This document shows, one piece after another, positions 1 to 14,600 of a DNA stretch of 64,000 bases. The position numbers and the translations under genes were made by a program. Below the pieces are notes generated by a model. The model had not been told where the DNA came from and ran no database searches. It was given only the letters and a program-made list of their open reading frames with translations. Source of the DNA: Balanoglossus misakiensis (taxonomy: Eukaryota > Animalia > Hemichordata); the NCBI GenBank assembly GCA_040954595.2, contig CM082595.2, positions 2,339,843 to 2,403,842 of the forward strand. The letters are read 5' to 3'. Numbering within the stretch: the first letter of the stretch is position 1; the number at the start of each line of letters is the position of its first letter.

Positions 1-3000
1 CGAGGCACGATTATCATAGGTGAGCGATTGTCCAATATTGACCGGAATTCCGATGTGTAGACGTGTATATCTACATTCTGATGGACTTGTGACTCTCGGA
101 ATGTGATTAAAACCCAGATCGCGGTTTAGATATGAAATGAACATTACTTATGTGGAAATAGTACACCATGTAACAATATTCCCACGGACTCGCACACTTG
201 GCTATTTGCATATGTGAAGTCGTTATTTTCACAACACCGACACTCCCAAAGGCTAAAATCGATTATATACAGTGAACCAAAATGTTGTCAATAGGTTCTA
301 AACAGTGGATCGTCACCTATTAGTAGGACAATGTTTCAGCTCCAGGCTAACTAATATACGTGAATCTCAAGTCAAGTTATCAGCACCTGTCGGTACAGAC
401 AGAGGTTAAGTTGACCGATATTAGGAAGCGCTATATCAGGTTTTGTCTTTCGCCTCTGAGTATAGTCAGTAATTATCTTATCGATTAGCTTTTAGACAGA
501 GCTGCCCTTTGTTGTCAAAAACCTTAATAATAGACGTTTGTGAGGGGGCAGTTGTAACACTATGGTCCGTTAAGACATTTGAGTGTTTATGATAGCTGAT
601 AAAACAGAAGTACTTGTAGCTTGTAATAAACTACTGGTCAGTTCAGCTGGGTCATATATATATAAACAAAAAATTATTTAAACAAAGAGCGCTTGTCAGT
701 TCTTGCTTTAATGGACATACCTCTCAACAATTTTTAATTACCGGGAAATAAATAAAAAAAATTGAAAAAATGTATTGTACGTGAAGGAATACGAGTTGCT
801 CAAAAATTATCTGCCCCCCCCCCCCCCCTGTCCATAGTCTAAGGGAAATGTTACCGGGGTTCCCTAGTCATTTTACAGGAGTTCCCCTTGGTGTGTTAAC
901 GCAGTCATAGCCAAAGTGTAACCAGGGTCACTAAATCATTTACCAATATTCCCAAAGCAAAAACACTGCTCAGTTTCAAGGGAGAGATAGATGGAAAGTA
1001 GTTCAGAATGTTACGCAAGCTTCTGAATCAGTTCACATCTATCTGACTCTGTAAATGTTAAGTATGTACACTGTCCAACCCACCAGGTTTATGAGACGAC
1101 ACCATTTACCTTTACATGCATTGTTGAGGATTTGACCCATTTTCAATTCACGATAGAGGAATCCATTCACTGGTCCTGATGACAGAAATAAATTTACTGT
1201 GGTAATGGCGTGACTTGAGATCAGTTCAGTCTTGTTATATGACTCCAAGGTCGGCCTGGGTCACTGGCTGAATTGTGTATTGTATACGAGCCCTGTTTGT
1301 ACGTTACAACACTAAGTTTTTTCAAGTCATTGTGAAACACTTTGGCTCAGTACATATGCCCATGAGCATTTTATTTGCTCTGGGTTAAAAGTTTCCGGAA
1401 CTCGAACTTGTGTAAACGGATAGAGAACGAAGAATGCTGAATGTGAAATGTATCTATGTTTCTTCACTTGATACAACACAGATTTAGTATTCATTGGGGT
1501 ATGTCATAGGGAGCTCTGGTAAATATCTGGGAAACCATGGTAACAGACCAGCCTTAGTTTGTTAGACTCATGTATAGACACTATAGGGATACAGTACAGG
1601 CACTCTTAAAACTATTCTACACACAGGTAACTCCTGACCAGAAAACTTCTTCTGAAAAGATTTTCATCGAAGCATGAAGGAGGTATCGCTGGTTACCATG
1701 GCGGTAAAATACTAATTACTCATTCCTGATTGGTTATTGTGTGCATTCCTCGGTCACACTCCAGTGATCCCAGGTTAATGATGTGATTCTGACCTGTGCA
1801 AGGGTCGTCAACCCATTTTCACCTTCGCTTAAACCGACAGACTGGAATATAAAAGTGAAAGACATGCCTCCTCCACTTTCAAGCAAGATTGACCGCCTAC
1901 ATGTGTGGTATCCAGGGCTTGCAAGCTTAGCCTGTATTGTGTAACATACAGTTGTTCATGTACATGTATATTGTTATTGTTGACAATGGAATTTACATGT
2001 AAGTTTCAACTTTATTTCATTTGTCAACAATAAAAATGTATAGTGTACATGTTGTCTACAAGCAGAAAACAAATACCCAAGGTTAGGAAAACTCTCCTAG
2101 CGTGGCCCTGTTTTTGGTGTAGTACTTGCATGAAGGCTAAACTGTACGAATATGTGACAATTTTTAAGTGGACCCAGTACTTCGGACTCGTAATATACTG
2201 AATAAAACATATTATGTAGTATTAAGTTTCTAATCATTTAATATACTCTCATATAGTGTAAGTTATCAAATTCTGATCGCAATTAAATAGTTTATTTGAA
2301 GTGACTTTGATTTTATTTTAAACGACTCTCGAAGGAAGCTTACAGTTATTTGAGTTTTATTACATTACATTACATTGCAAAATCAATGCTTTTAAAGTAT
2401 AATGGCATTTGTTAATGTAGGGTGGAGTGAAATGTAATCCATTGATGAGGGTTTGAAAACAAGGTTTTACATAACCAGAGTCTCTCCATCACAGTGGGTC
2501 TGTAACACCAATCAATAGACAGTGAATACCTCAGCATCTAATGATTGTTGCTAATGATGTGTAATTTACATACAAATACTTGTTTATAGTGGAAAACAAT
2601 ATGCTAGTATCACAGGCAATGTCGAAGTCGTGCTAATTTAACCATGTAAATATACCATCCACTTGGCTGTGGTTTTAGCATTGAAATGGGAGTTTGTGCC
2701 TGTATGTAAACAGTCGGTGTAAGATTTGACAGCATATATTCTGAATTAAATTGCAGTTTGACAGTGCAGGGTTTGGGAAGGATAGTTGATTTCAATCAAA
2801 TGTGATCTGTTGTACGTAAATACCTTTGCAACTGTTTATGATTCATTTGAGTTTTAAACTCTGATATCAGCTTGGACACGGAAATTCCCCTGCAAAGTAC
2901 CAGGTACATGGCTTATGAGAGTCTCTTGCAATGTTTAACCAGATACACAATGCATTGGCAATGCCTATCTCTGGTTTCGGAGTAAAGTACCTTGAAGGGC

Positions 3001-5494
3001 ACGGCATCATTGGTACTTGGTCTCTAGCGATGATGTAATCAAGTACAGTCAATGAATTTTTAAGTGTGTGAAATGTCATTCTGTGCTGTGTACATACAGC
3101 ATACTGTACACGAATACCTGTGAATTTTAATGGGCAGTCAACGCCTGGTAATGCTAAATCCCCCCTCCCTTAATTGAGTTTGCTGCAAGCGCTAATGTGT
3201 GCAACCGGTACGGTCGAGGCACATAAACCATATCTTCTAGTGCATACCTGAAATTCCAGAATTATGACATACTGTCATTCACAAATCACATGAACGGAAA
3301 AATCAGGATGTAGAAATGTACATCACATTTTGGAACATGTAGGTTTCCCCTTGTTAATCAATTTGATAGTGGAACAAAGATCTAATGTTAAACACTTCCA
3401 CGGCCAATTTCATACCTGTGTTCTTAAGTCTCGTAGAAAAAAATCACAGAGATATTATTAAACACTCGACCACTTGCTGTGATTGATCTAAGCGACCAGC
3501 ACTGAAAAACACACATCAATCATCAAGTTTATTTGACAACAAACAGATCCACTTCATAAATCAGATTGCAATGAAAACAACTGAGTGGAAACAGTGTAAA
3601 CCTCGAAACGTACTTCACACGGACTACCAGTGCAAAGTACAGGAGTCAGGTTTGGGTATCCTTAATCGTTGTCGTCATGAGTCTTTCTGGGTTTTCTCGT
3701 GGTCTAGTGCTAGTCTCTGGTTTCTCTCCCGGTCTTAATTTAAAGAGAAATGGGGCCCGCCGGTTTAGTGACATTTCATCATTGCAGAATTCACGTATTT
3801 GATAACATTATTATCATGATTATTATCGCGATCTCAAGTTTATATCAAATGACAAATTGGAACCTGTTGGCGGAAGATTGGGGGGGAAATCATTTTTGGA
3901 CCATATCGGAAAAGCAGAAGGCTGTTGAGATTTTTTTTGTAAACTACTTGTACATACCAAATGCATTTATGATCTGAAATTAAATTATTGGGCTGATATG
4001 GTACAGAAGTGCTGACTTCACTGATATATGGTTATTTGTGTAAAATTGTCACGTAAATATTGAAATTGGGAACAGACATGCCAATGTCAATTTAATGAAG
4101 ATATATTGTAATGTGTACATGTACACTATAAATCAAATTATTTATGTCTTTACAGCTGAAGATTTGAAAAAACTGGTGAAACCCAACATTGTATCCCTAT
4201 TGTAATGCAACATTGAAAACAGTGGCTTGTGGTTACACCAGGAATGCAAGGCCAAATTAATAAAAAAAAGTTTACTACTGCATATAACAGAATAGAAGAG
4301 CCAGAAAAAAACCCTTATTTGCTGCTTCGATCGTAAAATCCACCTTGAATGAGACTCTTAATAGACATATAACGACATCTAGAGAGATCGAGAGAGAGAG
4401 ATCATGTATACTAGGTGGATCATAAAAGATTATGGTATAATTCTGCAGCTAGTAAAATCTTCCCCTTGGCTATTGATGGGTTGAATTGAAGTTCAAAACC
4501 CACTTCTATATTTGACTCGGCCAAGGTCGAGTAATTAAGTGGGGTCTGCGTGAAGCATGAAAGGATTGTATTAAAATCGCAATAGTTTCACATTTTCATT
4601 CAGAATCATTCTGTTCTAGTTCGTTGTTCTATCGCCAGCATGGAATTGGTGCAGTAAAAGAAAACTGTGGTTATTAAGCCGTTAATCAGAGGTCTAGGTC
4701 ATTTCATGGTTAGTTGCATTTAGATGAATGTGAATCGAAATTGCAATTCATGTTGTCACAGCCTAAAAAAGTCTCTGGGGGGTTGACCCTGCAGGATTTT
4801 TAACCTGTTGGTATGACCCCACATTGAACTTGCATGCTGACCACTTGCATGTATGCTACCACTGTGAAAGCGTGTGTATATAATTATGTCCAGGGGATTT
4901 TCTGATTGTCAAGTATGCGTGTTTACATATATACTATGAAAGATATGCCACCAATTACTAGGAACATTCTCCTCCAACACAATTTGGAGTATGGGTGTCA
5001 AAACATACATTGTTCCAGTATCAAATGTTTGCAAAACATTTCACTGTATACACATCAAAATTGTTGTGCCAATAGTTGTTGGCTTTGTATAAATGTAAAA
5101 ATACATGTATTCAAGTGTAGGTCAAATTCAAATATTCACCGTATGTTCACACTTATCAACAATGGATTAATTTGTTTCCAATCATAACAAGAAGTGAAAC
5201 GTTGCTTTGCATGAATATGGTATGTAAGATATAGATGACTCAGTATTCTGACAAATATTATCACTCTAAAAAGTCTGTCGTATTAGAAGCAGAAGTTTAG
5301 TTATTACAGACTCTGCTAAGTATTTTTCTGTTTGTTTATGAAATAAATAATGTGACTAAAGAGGCAGAACCTCAGAATTCTTTTTAGCATTCCTGAGTTG
5401 CTATGCAACGGACAGCATGGTGTGAAATCTGTGCGTCTGGACAAATCTCTCTAGAGGGCGCCTTATTTATAACCTGTGGATGTGGCATTGTGAT

Positions 5495-5537
5495 GTTTGT
5501 TTATTTGTTTATTTGTTTGTTTGTTTGTTTGTTTGTT
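5495..5537. repeat. (TTTG/TTTA)n microsatellite
   Basis: Seen directly in the sequence. Confidence 0.85.
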
Positions 5538-5678
5538 CAGTGACTGCTTCAATTGTACGTGTTTAAATTGTTGGAACATGTCAAATAAATTTCAAACTGT
5601 TTGGCTGGAATAAATGCTTCGTTTATTCTCTTGCTGAGGTATGTATTAATATTTGACACTTTTCTTGCATTTTCACAG

Positions 5679-8600
5679 ATCTAGAGATTGGAGATAACAG
5701 TACGTGCCAACATGATGGTTGTTCAAAGCTTGCCACAAAGGTAAGTGTGAAAGCTCTTGACACCTTCAGTCATCAAAACGGAGATATCCTATTAATATTA
5801 TATGGCAGTATGTGTGTGGCATGAAAATGAAAATCCATGCAGAAGTCAAGGTGTGTGGATGGGTGTGTACATATCCAGAATGTCATCACGAATCCCTCAT
5901 AAAAAATCCACAGTGCCATCTGAACAAATTGTTTCCATATTTGCTGTTTTTTTGTACTGTAGGTGTGCCACCACCCTGAATGCAAAGTTCAGGATAACAT
6001 GAACCCGTTGATACTGTGCGATGCGTGCGACATGGAACTCCATTCGACTCAGCATTTTAATGGACATTTGAGACTGGACGTGAGACCACATGGTAGGTCA
6101 CTTTTAACCTTCAGTGACCACGGTTATTTTTATTTCCAGAGAAGTACTTAGCTCCTGTACAAAATATACTTGTAAGAAAGTTATGAGAACCTTATAAGAT
6201 ATTCCCTGCATTGGTTGCTATGCACTGGTTACATTTCATCCGCCATTTTGAATATCGTCGCTTGATTTTTATCAGCTAAGTGCTCACCTGTGTTTCATAT
6301 CTGTACATGAGTAATACTACTTGAAGTAAAAATGCATTTAAGTAGTATAAGTGTAAAATTGATTACAAATTGGATGACTTGACAGGTTTGGTTTTTCAGT
6401 GCAATTACTGGTGTTACTTTTGAACTGGCTGTCATTTATCTTTCCAAATTGATCATTTGGGGTTGCAAAAAAATGCCACAACCTGGATATATTCATCAAT
6501 CACAGAAAATTACTTTTGATGTAACGAAGCTTAAGTGGATAAATCAGGAACACAATTACACCGCTTTTCCCATTTCCAAGAAATCACGTCATTTAGTTCC
6601 GTGAAATGACTGATGGAATGTGACAGATTTGGTCATTACTAATACTGATGGATCAGACATGGTGTTTCTATAATGAGACATAGACTCAATCCCCCAAGCA
6701 CTTGCATGTAAATGGCAATTATAACTACAGTGTGTACATGTAAATTTGGGTAAGACTAGTAGTTGTTTCCATGGTTACATGTGTGTTGTACACAACTTTC
6801 CATTGGCAGCTCAATGCTGGATATGATAAGGGGTTACTGTACTGTACTGTACTGTACTGTACTGTTTCATCATCATTGTTAATTACTTCTACCATATCCA
6901 GGTACTTCACTTGGACGCAGCGTATCAACCCGATCCTGTCCAGCCTCAGGTCCTCTGTCAGATGTTGAAAACACAGAAACAGTCAAAGGTGACGATGATG
7001 ACAATGATAAACAGAATGATGAAATAGATGGGCCTATATCGTAAGTGTTGTTTTCTTTCAGTCTCAGAATATGTTAGTTGTGAGTTATGGTGTTTTGCAT
7101 TTCTGACTTTGTTGTCTTTTGCTTCACATATAGCTACAGAAGTGTAGCTTTCTGTGGCTCATAACAGAATTTGATACAACCAATTAATCCTTTCAGTGCA
7201 GCAGATTGTTTTTCTTTTATTGTCTACACAATGCCAGTCTGTTCAGTAATACGTAAATGCAATATAACATGAAGTCTTTTATTCTACTCAACTCAAGCGG
7301 AAAATTAAATTGAATTGCAATTAAATTTTACCTTTATGAATATTACTGTGATAACACAGGAATGAAATATTTATTGCCATCGTCATCAGTGGTGCGAGGC
7401 TATGGAATGGGTCGTTCGACCTCTGCTTTCCATTCTCTGGTTTCAAGAGATAACAGATATGTGTAGTTGACATCAATAGCCGATGCATGATTGTACATTT
7501 TTCTGTTGTATGAAAATCAAGAAATAAAAGAAAACTGTCTGTTAAATAACCCTAATTTATTCGTTATTTGACCTTTGACCTCCCAGGGACGCCAAGGAGA
7601 AAATCTCAAAGAGAGCGTCGAAATTACAGAGGAAGAAAGCGTATCGAAGACACCATACTGATGTAAGTTATAAATATTGTGTTTGTGGAATGTTATCATA
7701 ATTTAATTCAAAGATTATGACTGGGTCCATGTGATTCGCCTCGATCATCAAAGTTCAGGACAGATCATCAACATTTGTAATAGTTCTCAAATTGTCAGCA
7801 TCATGAAAACATTGAAAGCTTTTCGTTTTCATGAATAGGTCCACACAAAACATAACTAAAGGATGGAAAAGTTTGAGATATTGCAGTTGTCTGTAAACTT
7901 ATTGTTCGGATCTGTCTGCCTTTTTTAACCCCTCACCAGACATGGCTGAGATATGGTAGAATCAGAAGTGAGATAAAATTAATCTGTGATAACAGTCTGT
8001 CTGTCTGTGCAGTGGACAGGTGTCACTATATCTTGCTCTTTTTAGCAGGTTTGAGATATCGTGATTGTGAACCGACAAAACAAGCACAAATTTTTGACAA
8101 CCTTTGGAGGGAATGCTACTTATTGTATGTTACATACAATCAGACAAGCTGACCTGGCAGGCGGTCAAAACTTCACCTATTGTTGTCGGAATATCCAGGG
8201 GAATTATACCTAGGCAGACTAGACATTGTTTGAACAGTGTCATTAGCTTTCACAAAGGGAACGTTGACATAATTGTCTTTGTAAAGAAAGACAGCTCTCA
8301 CGTCTGATCTTTTGTAAAATAACCACCTGTAAAACAACACTATTATGAGCTTTTAAGAGTGATTTATCTCCTGAAGTTTGACATCCAAAACAATACCTGT
8401 TATACAAGTACACATTCCGGTGTTTATTAATGGGCCTGCAAAGCAAACCCCTTGCACATTAAAAATTTATTGACTGGAATAATTAACAGAGGACAACATT
8501 CTTTGAATAGTTTCACGTGAAATGTGCCATTGTACTTCAGATTTCATTTGGTCATAAACTTTTAGAACACTGCAAAGAAAATAAAGTGATGTAGAAATTG

Positions 8601-11600
8601 GTATGTAATAAGGAATGTGTTGTTTTTCTGTGGTTGAAGTGGTTGTTCATGAAATTCAAATAGATTGCATTGCTCTTAAGGTATAATGCGCTTCGAAAAT
8701 CAAAGTCTTAATCTTTTCTCATATTTTGCTCAAGGCAGATTTAGATTATTGTCTCTTAGAGTTGAGAATAACAATCAGGAGTCACCTTGCAAAATTTGGA
8801 ATGAGAGAGCTAAGTTGTCTCAAATTTGAAATTCAAAATGGCTGCCAGTCTTTGTTAACTCTTTAGGCAAGTTCTACCATACAGGTTTATACAAGCATGC
8901 CTTCATTCATTTCACACACACATACACATTGTAGCTTTTTCTTTCATGCTTAGGTCACACGCTCCAGCAAAACACTAGAAACGGTTCACGGTAACGATAG
9001 CGACGAGGCATCAGCAGAAACACACAATGCAGACAAACTGCCAAGAAAGTCATCTATTACCAAGGTGAAGACACAATCAGAGGATGCCTTGTTTTGTTTG
9101 TGTTGATTTGTTTGTTTTTGTTTAGCTTAGTTTAGTTTTGTTTGATTTAGTTTAGTTTATTTAATTTAGTCATAGAGTAGTTTAATAATAGTTATGATTT
9201 TTGTTTCGTGTGTTTACTGCTCACATAGCCCATCTCACTGCACTTCATTTTTCCTATTGCACAAGGTCAGTTTGTAACTTCAGACTTTTAGCGCAGGAAC
9301 AGTGTTTTGATTAGGTCAAGGAAACATCCTTGATTGGGTACAATCATTTCTGGTATGGCAGGGAACAGTCCTTGAATAATTGGATATCCCCTGGGGAACT
9401 GGGGTGAAATAAATCTGAACCTTGATACTGTGTTTCCACCTTAGTTCCTATTATAACTTCTGGTTTTCAAACACGCCGTCATACATGTATCTCTGTATAG
9501 CATCACTCTCATTCGCCATGTTCAGATATAGATGTAGATTATATATGCACATTGTAACAGCTATCCGGTGTATTTCTTTTTATCATTCAGAACCAGAGCA
9601 GAGAATGGTTCTCCTTGAAGTTTGACATGATGGGCAAAGACGACATTGAAATTGTGGCAGCGATCAAAGGCAGATCACTAAGGTAGATATATTATAACAA
9701 CTGTGATCAGTTTCTTTGTCGATGTGTAAGTTTTTGTGCGGTCTTTTTCATCCAGTAAAGTTCATGTACTGTTCTTGCTGCTATCGTGATTTGCTTAACA
9801 ATTGAACTATTGTTTGTTTTAACCAGGGAAGCATTGGAGGGTATTTTCAGTGTCCGTAAATTAGACCTTGATTCTGTGAATATATTCTTGGACCAATCCA
9901 ATACACCCCTACCACTACAGTTTGAGACCTATCCACTTGGTGGTCATAGCCTCATAGTCAAAGGTGAGTATCTTTGTAGCATTCATACAAGTTTATTATA
10001 TGACTTCTCATCTGCAGTCATCTTAATTTTCCCGGAATATTTGTGTTCTCCTTTTCAGCCAAAGACCCTGTGAAGGATGGAGAAGATTTCCGACGAAGTC
10101 ATATTTACAATGTCTCATCCAGAACCAGAATTAAAGAGAAAGAAAAAGAAAAAGAAAAAGATAAGCTGAAAGGAGTAAGTCACACACACGCAAAATATAT
10201 CATTTAGCAAGCTGAAGATTATCACTAAGACTTACCTGTGCATGTCAGAGTTCAGAATGCAATAATTCATACTGGAGAAATAATTCATTAAGATATCTGA
10301 TGGTGGAAATTGATCTCTTCGGTGCGACTGTTATGAATCATTTTGTCCTATGTATCATATCTCCGTGGTAATTTCTCAGACATCTTGAATGGCTCTGTTC
10401 ATCTTTGTTTTTGAGATCTAATCAAACGCGGTTGATCAGCAATCATTTTATTCGCTTTATCGTGTATACATGTGACCAATTTTAATGGATTTCTGACAAA
10501 ATCTGTGATTTCATCTGATGGCTAACTGTAGTCTGCAAATGCCAGTACTTCCCACACACAGTACATGTAAGCAGTGATTTCTTTGAAAGACAGCATAGTA
10601 GATATAAATGTCAGATATCGAAATAATTTTTCACTTCTGGTCATGTTTACAGAGTCAGCGGGGTTTGAAAAATATCATCTCTTTATTTGGTGAGACCATG
10701 TCGCCCTTGAACCAAAGTGGTTACCCTGGCAACACACCATCATCTGCGGATTACAGAAGACCCAGACTCTCAGATGTCTTTGTGAATAAAGTATGTCTTA
10801 TAATATCATGTACTACCTTAAAGCTGTGATTTCAGTACATTACTACCTCTGTGGAAGATAAAGTGGCCTGCACACAGAATGTTATATGAGCACCAGCACA
10901 AACCCAGTGTATTACATTGTTCTCGTTTGACAATAGACGGTTTAAACATAGCTCCAGGCATGATTACTGTGCATGGGTGATTCCAGTCTTGTAATCGTCC
11001 TATGAATGACAGAACCTGTAATGAAAGGTTTAAACCTGCATTATGATGACATAATTGTGATTGCTAGGTTAAGCACAAGCCAGTGATTTCAAAATAAATG
11101 TACAACTTGCTCCTTAAAACCACGGAAATACTGACATAATAATCAAAAGTTTCAGCCGACGCTACTTCAATAATTTATGGTATATACCTTGAATAACATG
11201 CGCATACATAATTGTAATCACTGCTCAGAAGACACAGGGCTTTCAGCTATGTCAGTACATGCATGTATTTAAAAAATTAATCAATATCCGCTTTTGATAA
11301 GACATTATCAAACATTGCCATCATGAAAAATTCAAAACCCATCTTGGTCAGATACAGCCTGGGTGGATAGTAGATAACACAATGATTCAGTTTTGTTAGA
11401 TTGGCGATAAGGATGAAAATTGATAAGGAGACATTATTTTACGTATTTGAAGATATATGTTTCAAGAATCTAAGTCCATATTTACAGATGGTGCATGAGT
11501 TTCTTGGTAGGTTCTACTAATTGACTTTGTCTCAGTCTTGTGTGTTTTGGTGTTAATGGTGATTCAGTTGTAATTTCTAGACCGAGAGATCATCTGGTTG

Positions 11601-14600
11601 CATATAGCATAAACGCAGCTCGGTGTACCCGAGCTCTGGGGTCGTTAAGAGGTCAAACCACACCTGACAATGCGTTCACCTGCTTGGATCCGATTCCATT
11701 ATGTGTGATTGAAGAAAGTGGGTGGGGCGTGCTTCTATTGTGCGTAGTTGATCTCCCCACGCGCATTATTCGAGACAAGAGATCGACTGAGCAAGCATAA
11801 TGAAAGTGGGATTCTCCTGGGGTTCCGTAATGGGGTGAAGATTGAATCTGTGATAATACCAGACTTTCTATTTTGGGCCAGATAGTGATGTGAAGAGTAG
11901 TCGATGATGGCCTAGCAGTGCACACACAAGAACAGAATTCAGGGGTGGCTTTGTTGTTTTGGCAGTGTTTCTGCAGGGCACTGCGTTTGGACTGTAGAGT
12001 TCATTAAAGAGACAAAGTTGCTTGCCTTTGACATTATTTGGGTTATTATATAAAAAAAGCGTGTTTGTTATAAGGATTCTAGTAAATCAGCAAGTCCCAA
12101 GACTGGGAATCTTTCATGCTTGGCGTAGTCAGAAAGCAAAGCCTGCAGCCATGTTTAGTTGTCCATTGTAAAAAGCACACAGTGCGATACACTGGGTTTT
12201 CTGTGTGACATAGGTGCCACCCTTCCCACGGGATTAAAGCAATTACAATTACTGTCAGGGTTTTTCATGTGGAATGGACTAATTGAAAAATGTGTGCGTC
12301 TGTGGATAAGAATGCTCAGTAGTTGTGATTTAGAACAGTGATACCTCTGTCGCCTTTATATATGTTCAGTTCAGTGTTGAAACAAAGGGATTATTCAAAT
12401 CACAGTATATGTTGAGAGGAGGTTTGCTTCAAACATGACGATTCCAAGGGTCAGGAAAAGGTGTTCGGTATAGGTATCTGGATATAATCTTATAGTTGTT
12501 AACACATTGATTATAATTCTCAGTAATTATTGTCAATTTCAGGAAAAAGAAAAGCTGCAATCTCTGTCAGAGAAGCTGGAAAGTTACTCGATCAACGGGA
12601 TACCAGACATGCCTGATCTACTGACATTTCACAGACACAAAGAAGACAGTGATGGGAATTTGTATGCTTTGGTAGGTCTATAATAATAATAACATTTGGT
12701 GTTATACTGGCATGGACATTGGCATTGTTCAATTTCTCTCAGAGCGAAAGAAACTGCCCTCTAGTGATGACTCTAGTCAATTCTGTAATGTATAGAATTC
12801 TATAGGTATCCTATAGATTTCTGTATAGTTTTGGATCCTATTTCTATTGAATTCTATAGAAATGCCATAGAATTTCTTAGAAGATTTATCGTAAGGGGAT
12901 GTGGGGCCTTTTAATTCTTACGATGTACTGCAATTTGTTGACAGGGTGCGTGGACAGATGTGGTGGATGGGGTGGAAACAATGACAAAGAAAGAAAGAGA
13001 CCAACAAGAAGCAATCTGGGAAATCCTAGTGACAGAGGTCAAATATATCAATAAGTTGAAGGTCATCATGGAGGTGAGATCATGATTTTTATGATGTTGA
13101 CAAAGAGAGATTCTTGACCGTGAAACTCCCTTCACGTAATTTCAAACACACTGAAAGAAAGTATGTCAGAGTTTTATATTAGTATATTAATCTTCTGTGA
13201 GATGTACTACCTGTAAGTTTCACCATATGAAGTAAAGCATTATTGAGAAACTGATTTGTTGTTGTACTTTGCAGGTTTTCTTCAGCACGTTGTTAAATCT
13301 TCAAGAAGAGTGGCTGTTGAATGAGGTAAGTTCATATGTTCTTGGAAAATCCCAGAATTCGAGACCACTTCTTGGAAAATGAAACTTACTCCGGGACTGC
13401 CATAAAATGTTGATGATTGCATAAAACTTGACAAAAATACTACATGTTCACTTTATGTTTTGTTTCTTTATAACCTAGATTGATTCTGAAAAATTGTTCA
13501 GCAACCTACAAAATTTGCTCGATGTCCATGAAACTTTTTGGCGAGAAAACCTAGTGAAGATTGTTCAGAAAGGTCGACAGACTAGAGAACCACTCTCCCC
13601 AGAATTAGTGGCAGAGGCATTTCGTAATGTAAGTTGAATATATTCACTGTGTCTGAGTCTTTTGGTTATTTTCTCAGTACTTTTCTTGTTTTCTTGTGGA
13701 AATAATAGTTGGCTAAACTATGGTCATGAAAGGGTGCAACTTTGGTGTCAAGTCGATGACCCAAAACTAAGTGACATACTTAAGGTATAACATCCCTCCA
13801 GCTCTTCAAAATATCATCGATATCAGTTTTACAATGACCAACTTCAGGATGGCGCCAGACGCCATGTTTTATCACCGCACATTATGGCACCTTATCTAAT
13901 CTGTCTTGTAATGATGAGTGGGGTCATCGTGACCTCTGGGGATGTGACTGTCATGAGAGCGTACTGAGATGGCATAGAATGATAATGGCATATGATGTCA
14001 TTGTTCAAAGAAAAAGAAAGCCTTATCTTCATGGAGCATTTTGTTGTTTCAACGTGTGATATTGTGTGCACATCACCAATGATATATTTGCCCTGTGTCG
14101 ATCTCTACTCTCTTACAGTTTGAAAAAAGATTTGGTGGATATGTGAAATACTGCATAGAAGAATACTCCTGTGTTATTTACATGAAGGCACAAATGAAGG
14201 AAAATGAACTTTTCAAAGTTTATGTTGAGGTAAGACAGTGATATGAAGGCTCAGAATGATAGTGAATGAGTTGGTGCAAATGAATAAATGAATCCAGTAT
14301 TATACGGCTCAACTGATTGGCTGAAAAATGCAAAGTAAGCAAACTGACACAGTATGCAACTTTTACACATTTCTGTTTTAGTTGGTGTTTTTGTTCGGGA
14401 ACATTTTGTGTCACTTCTGTTAAAGCATGTTTTCATGATTTTGTACTGTCTTCACAGTGGGCTGAAAATCAGAAGAGATGCAATCGAATGAAGCTCGGCG
14501 ATCTACTTGTGGGTCCAATGCAACGACTTACAAAGTATCCACTTCTTCTCAAGGCAGTTGCTTCCAAAACAGAACCGTCACAAGCCAAAGATGCTCTATC

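Noticed and set aside
3620-3830. Decayed SINE (gggttttctc...ggtttctctccc followed by a TTA-rich tail)
   Set aside because: Resemblance only; no recognisable A/B boxes or TSD.
11540-12470. Internal PLEKHG5 promoter or alternative first exon in the GC-richer intron segment
   Set aside because: No convincing ATG-plus-donor combination; cannot be supported without transcript data.
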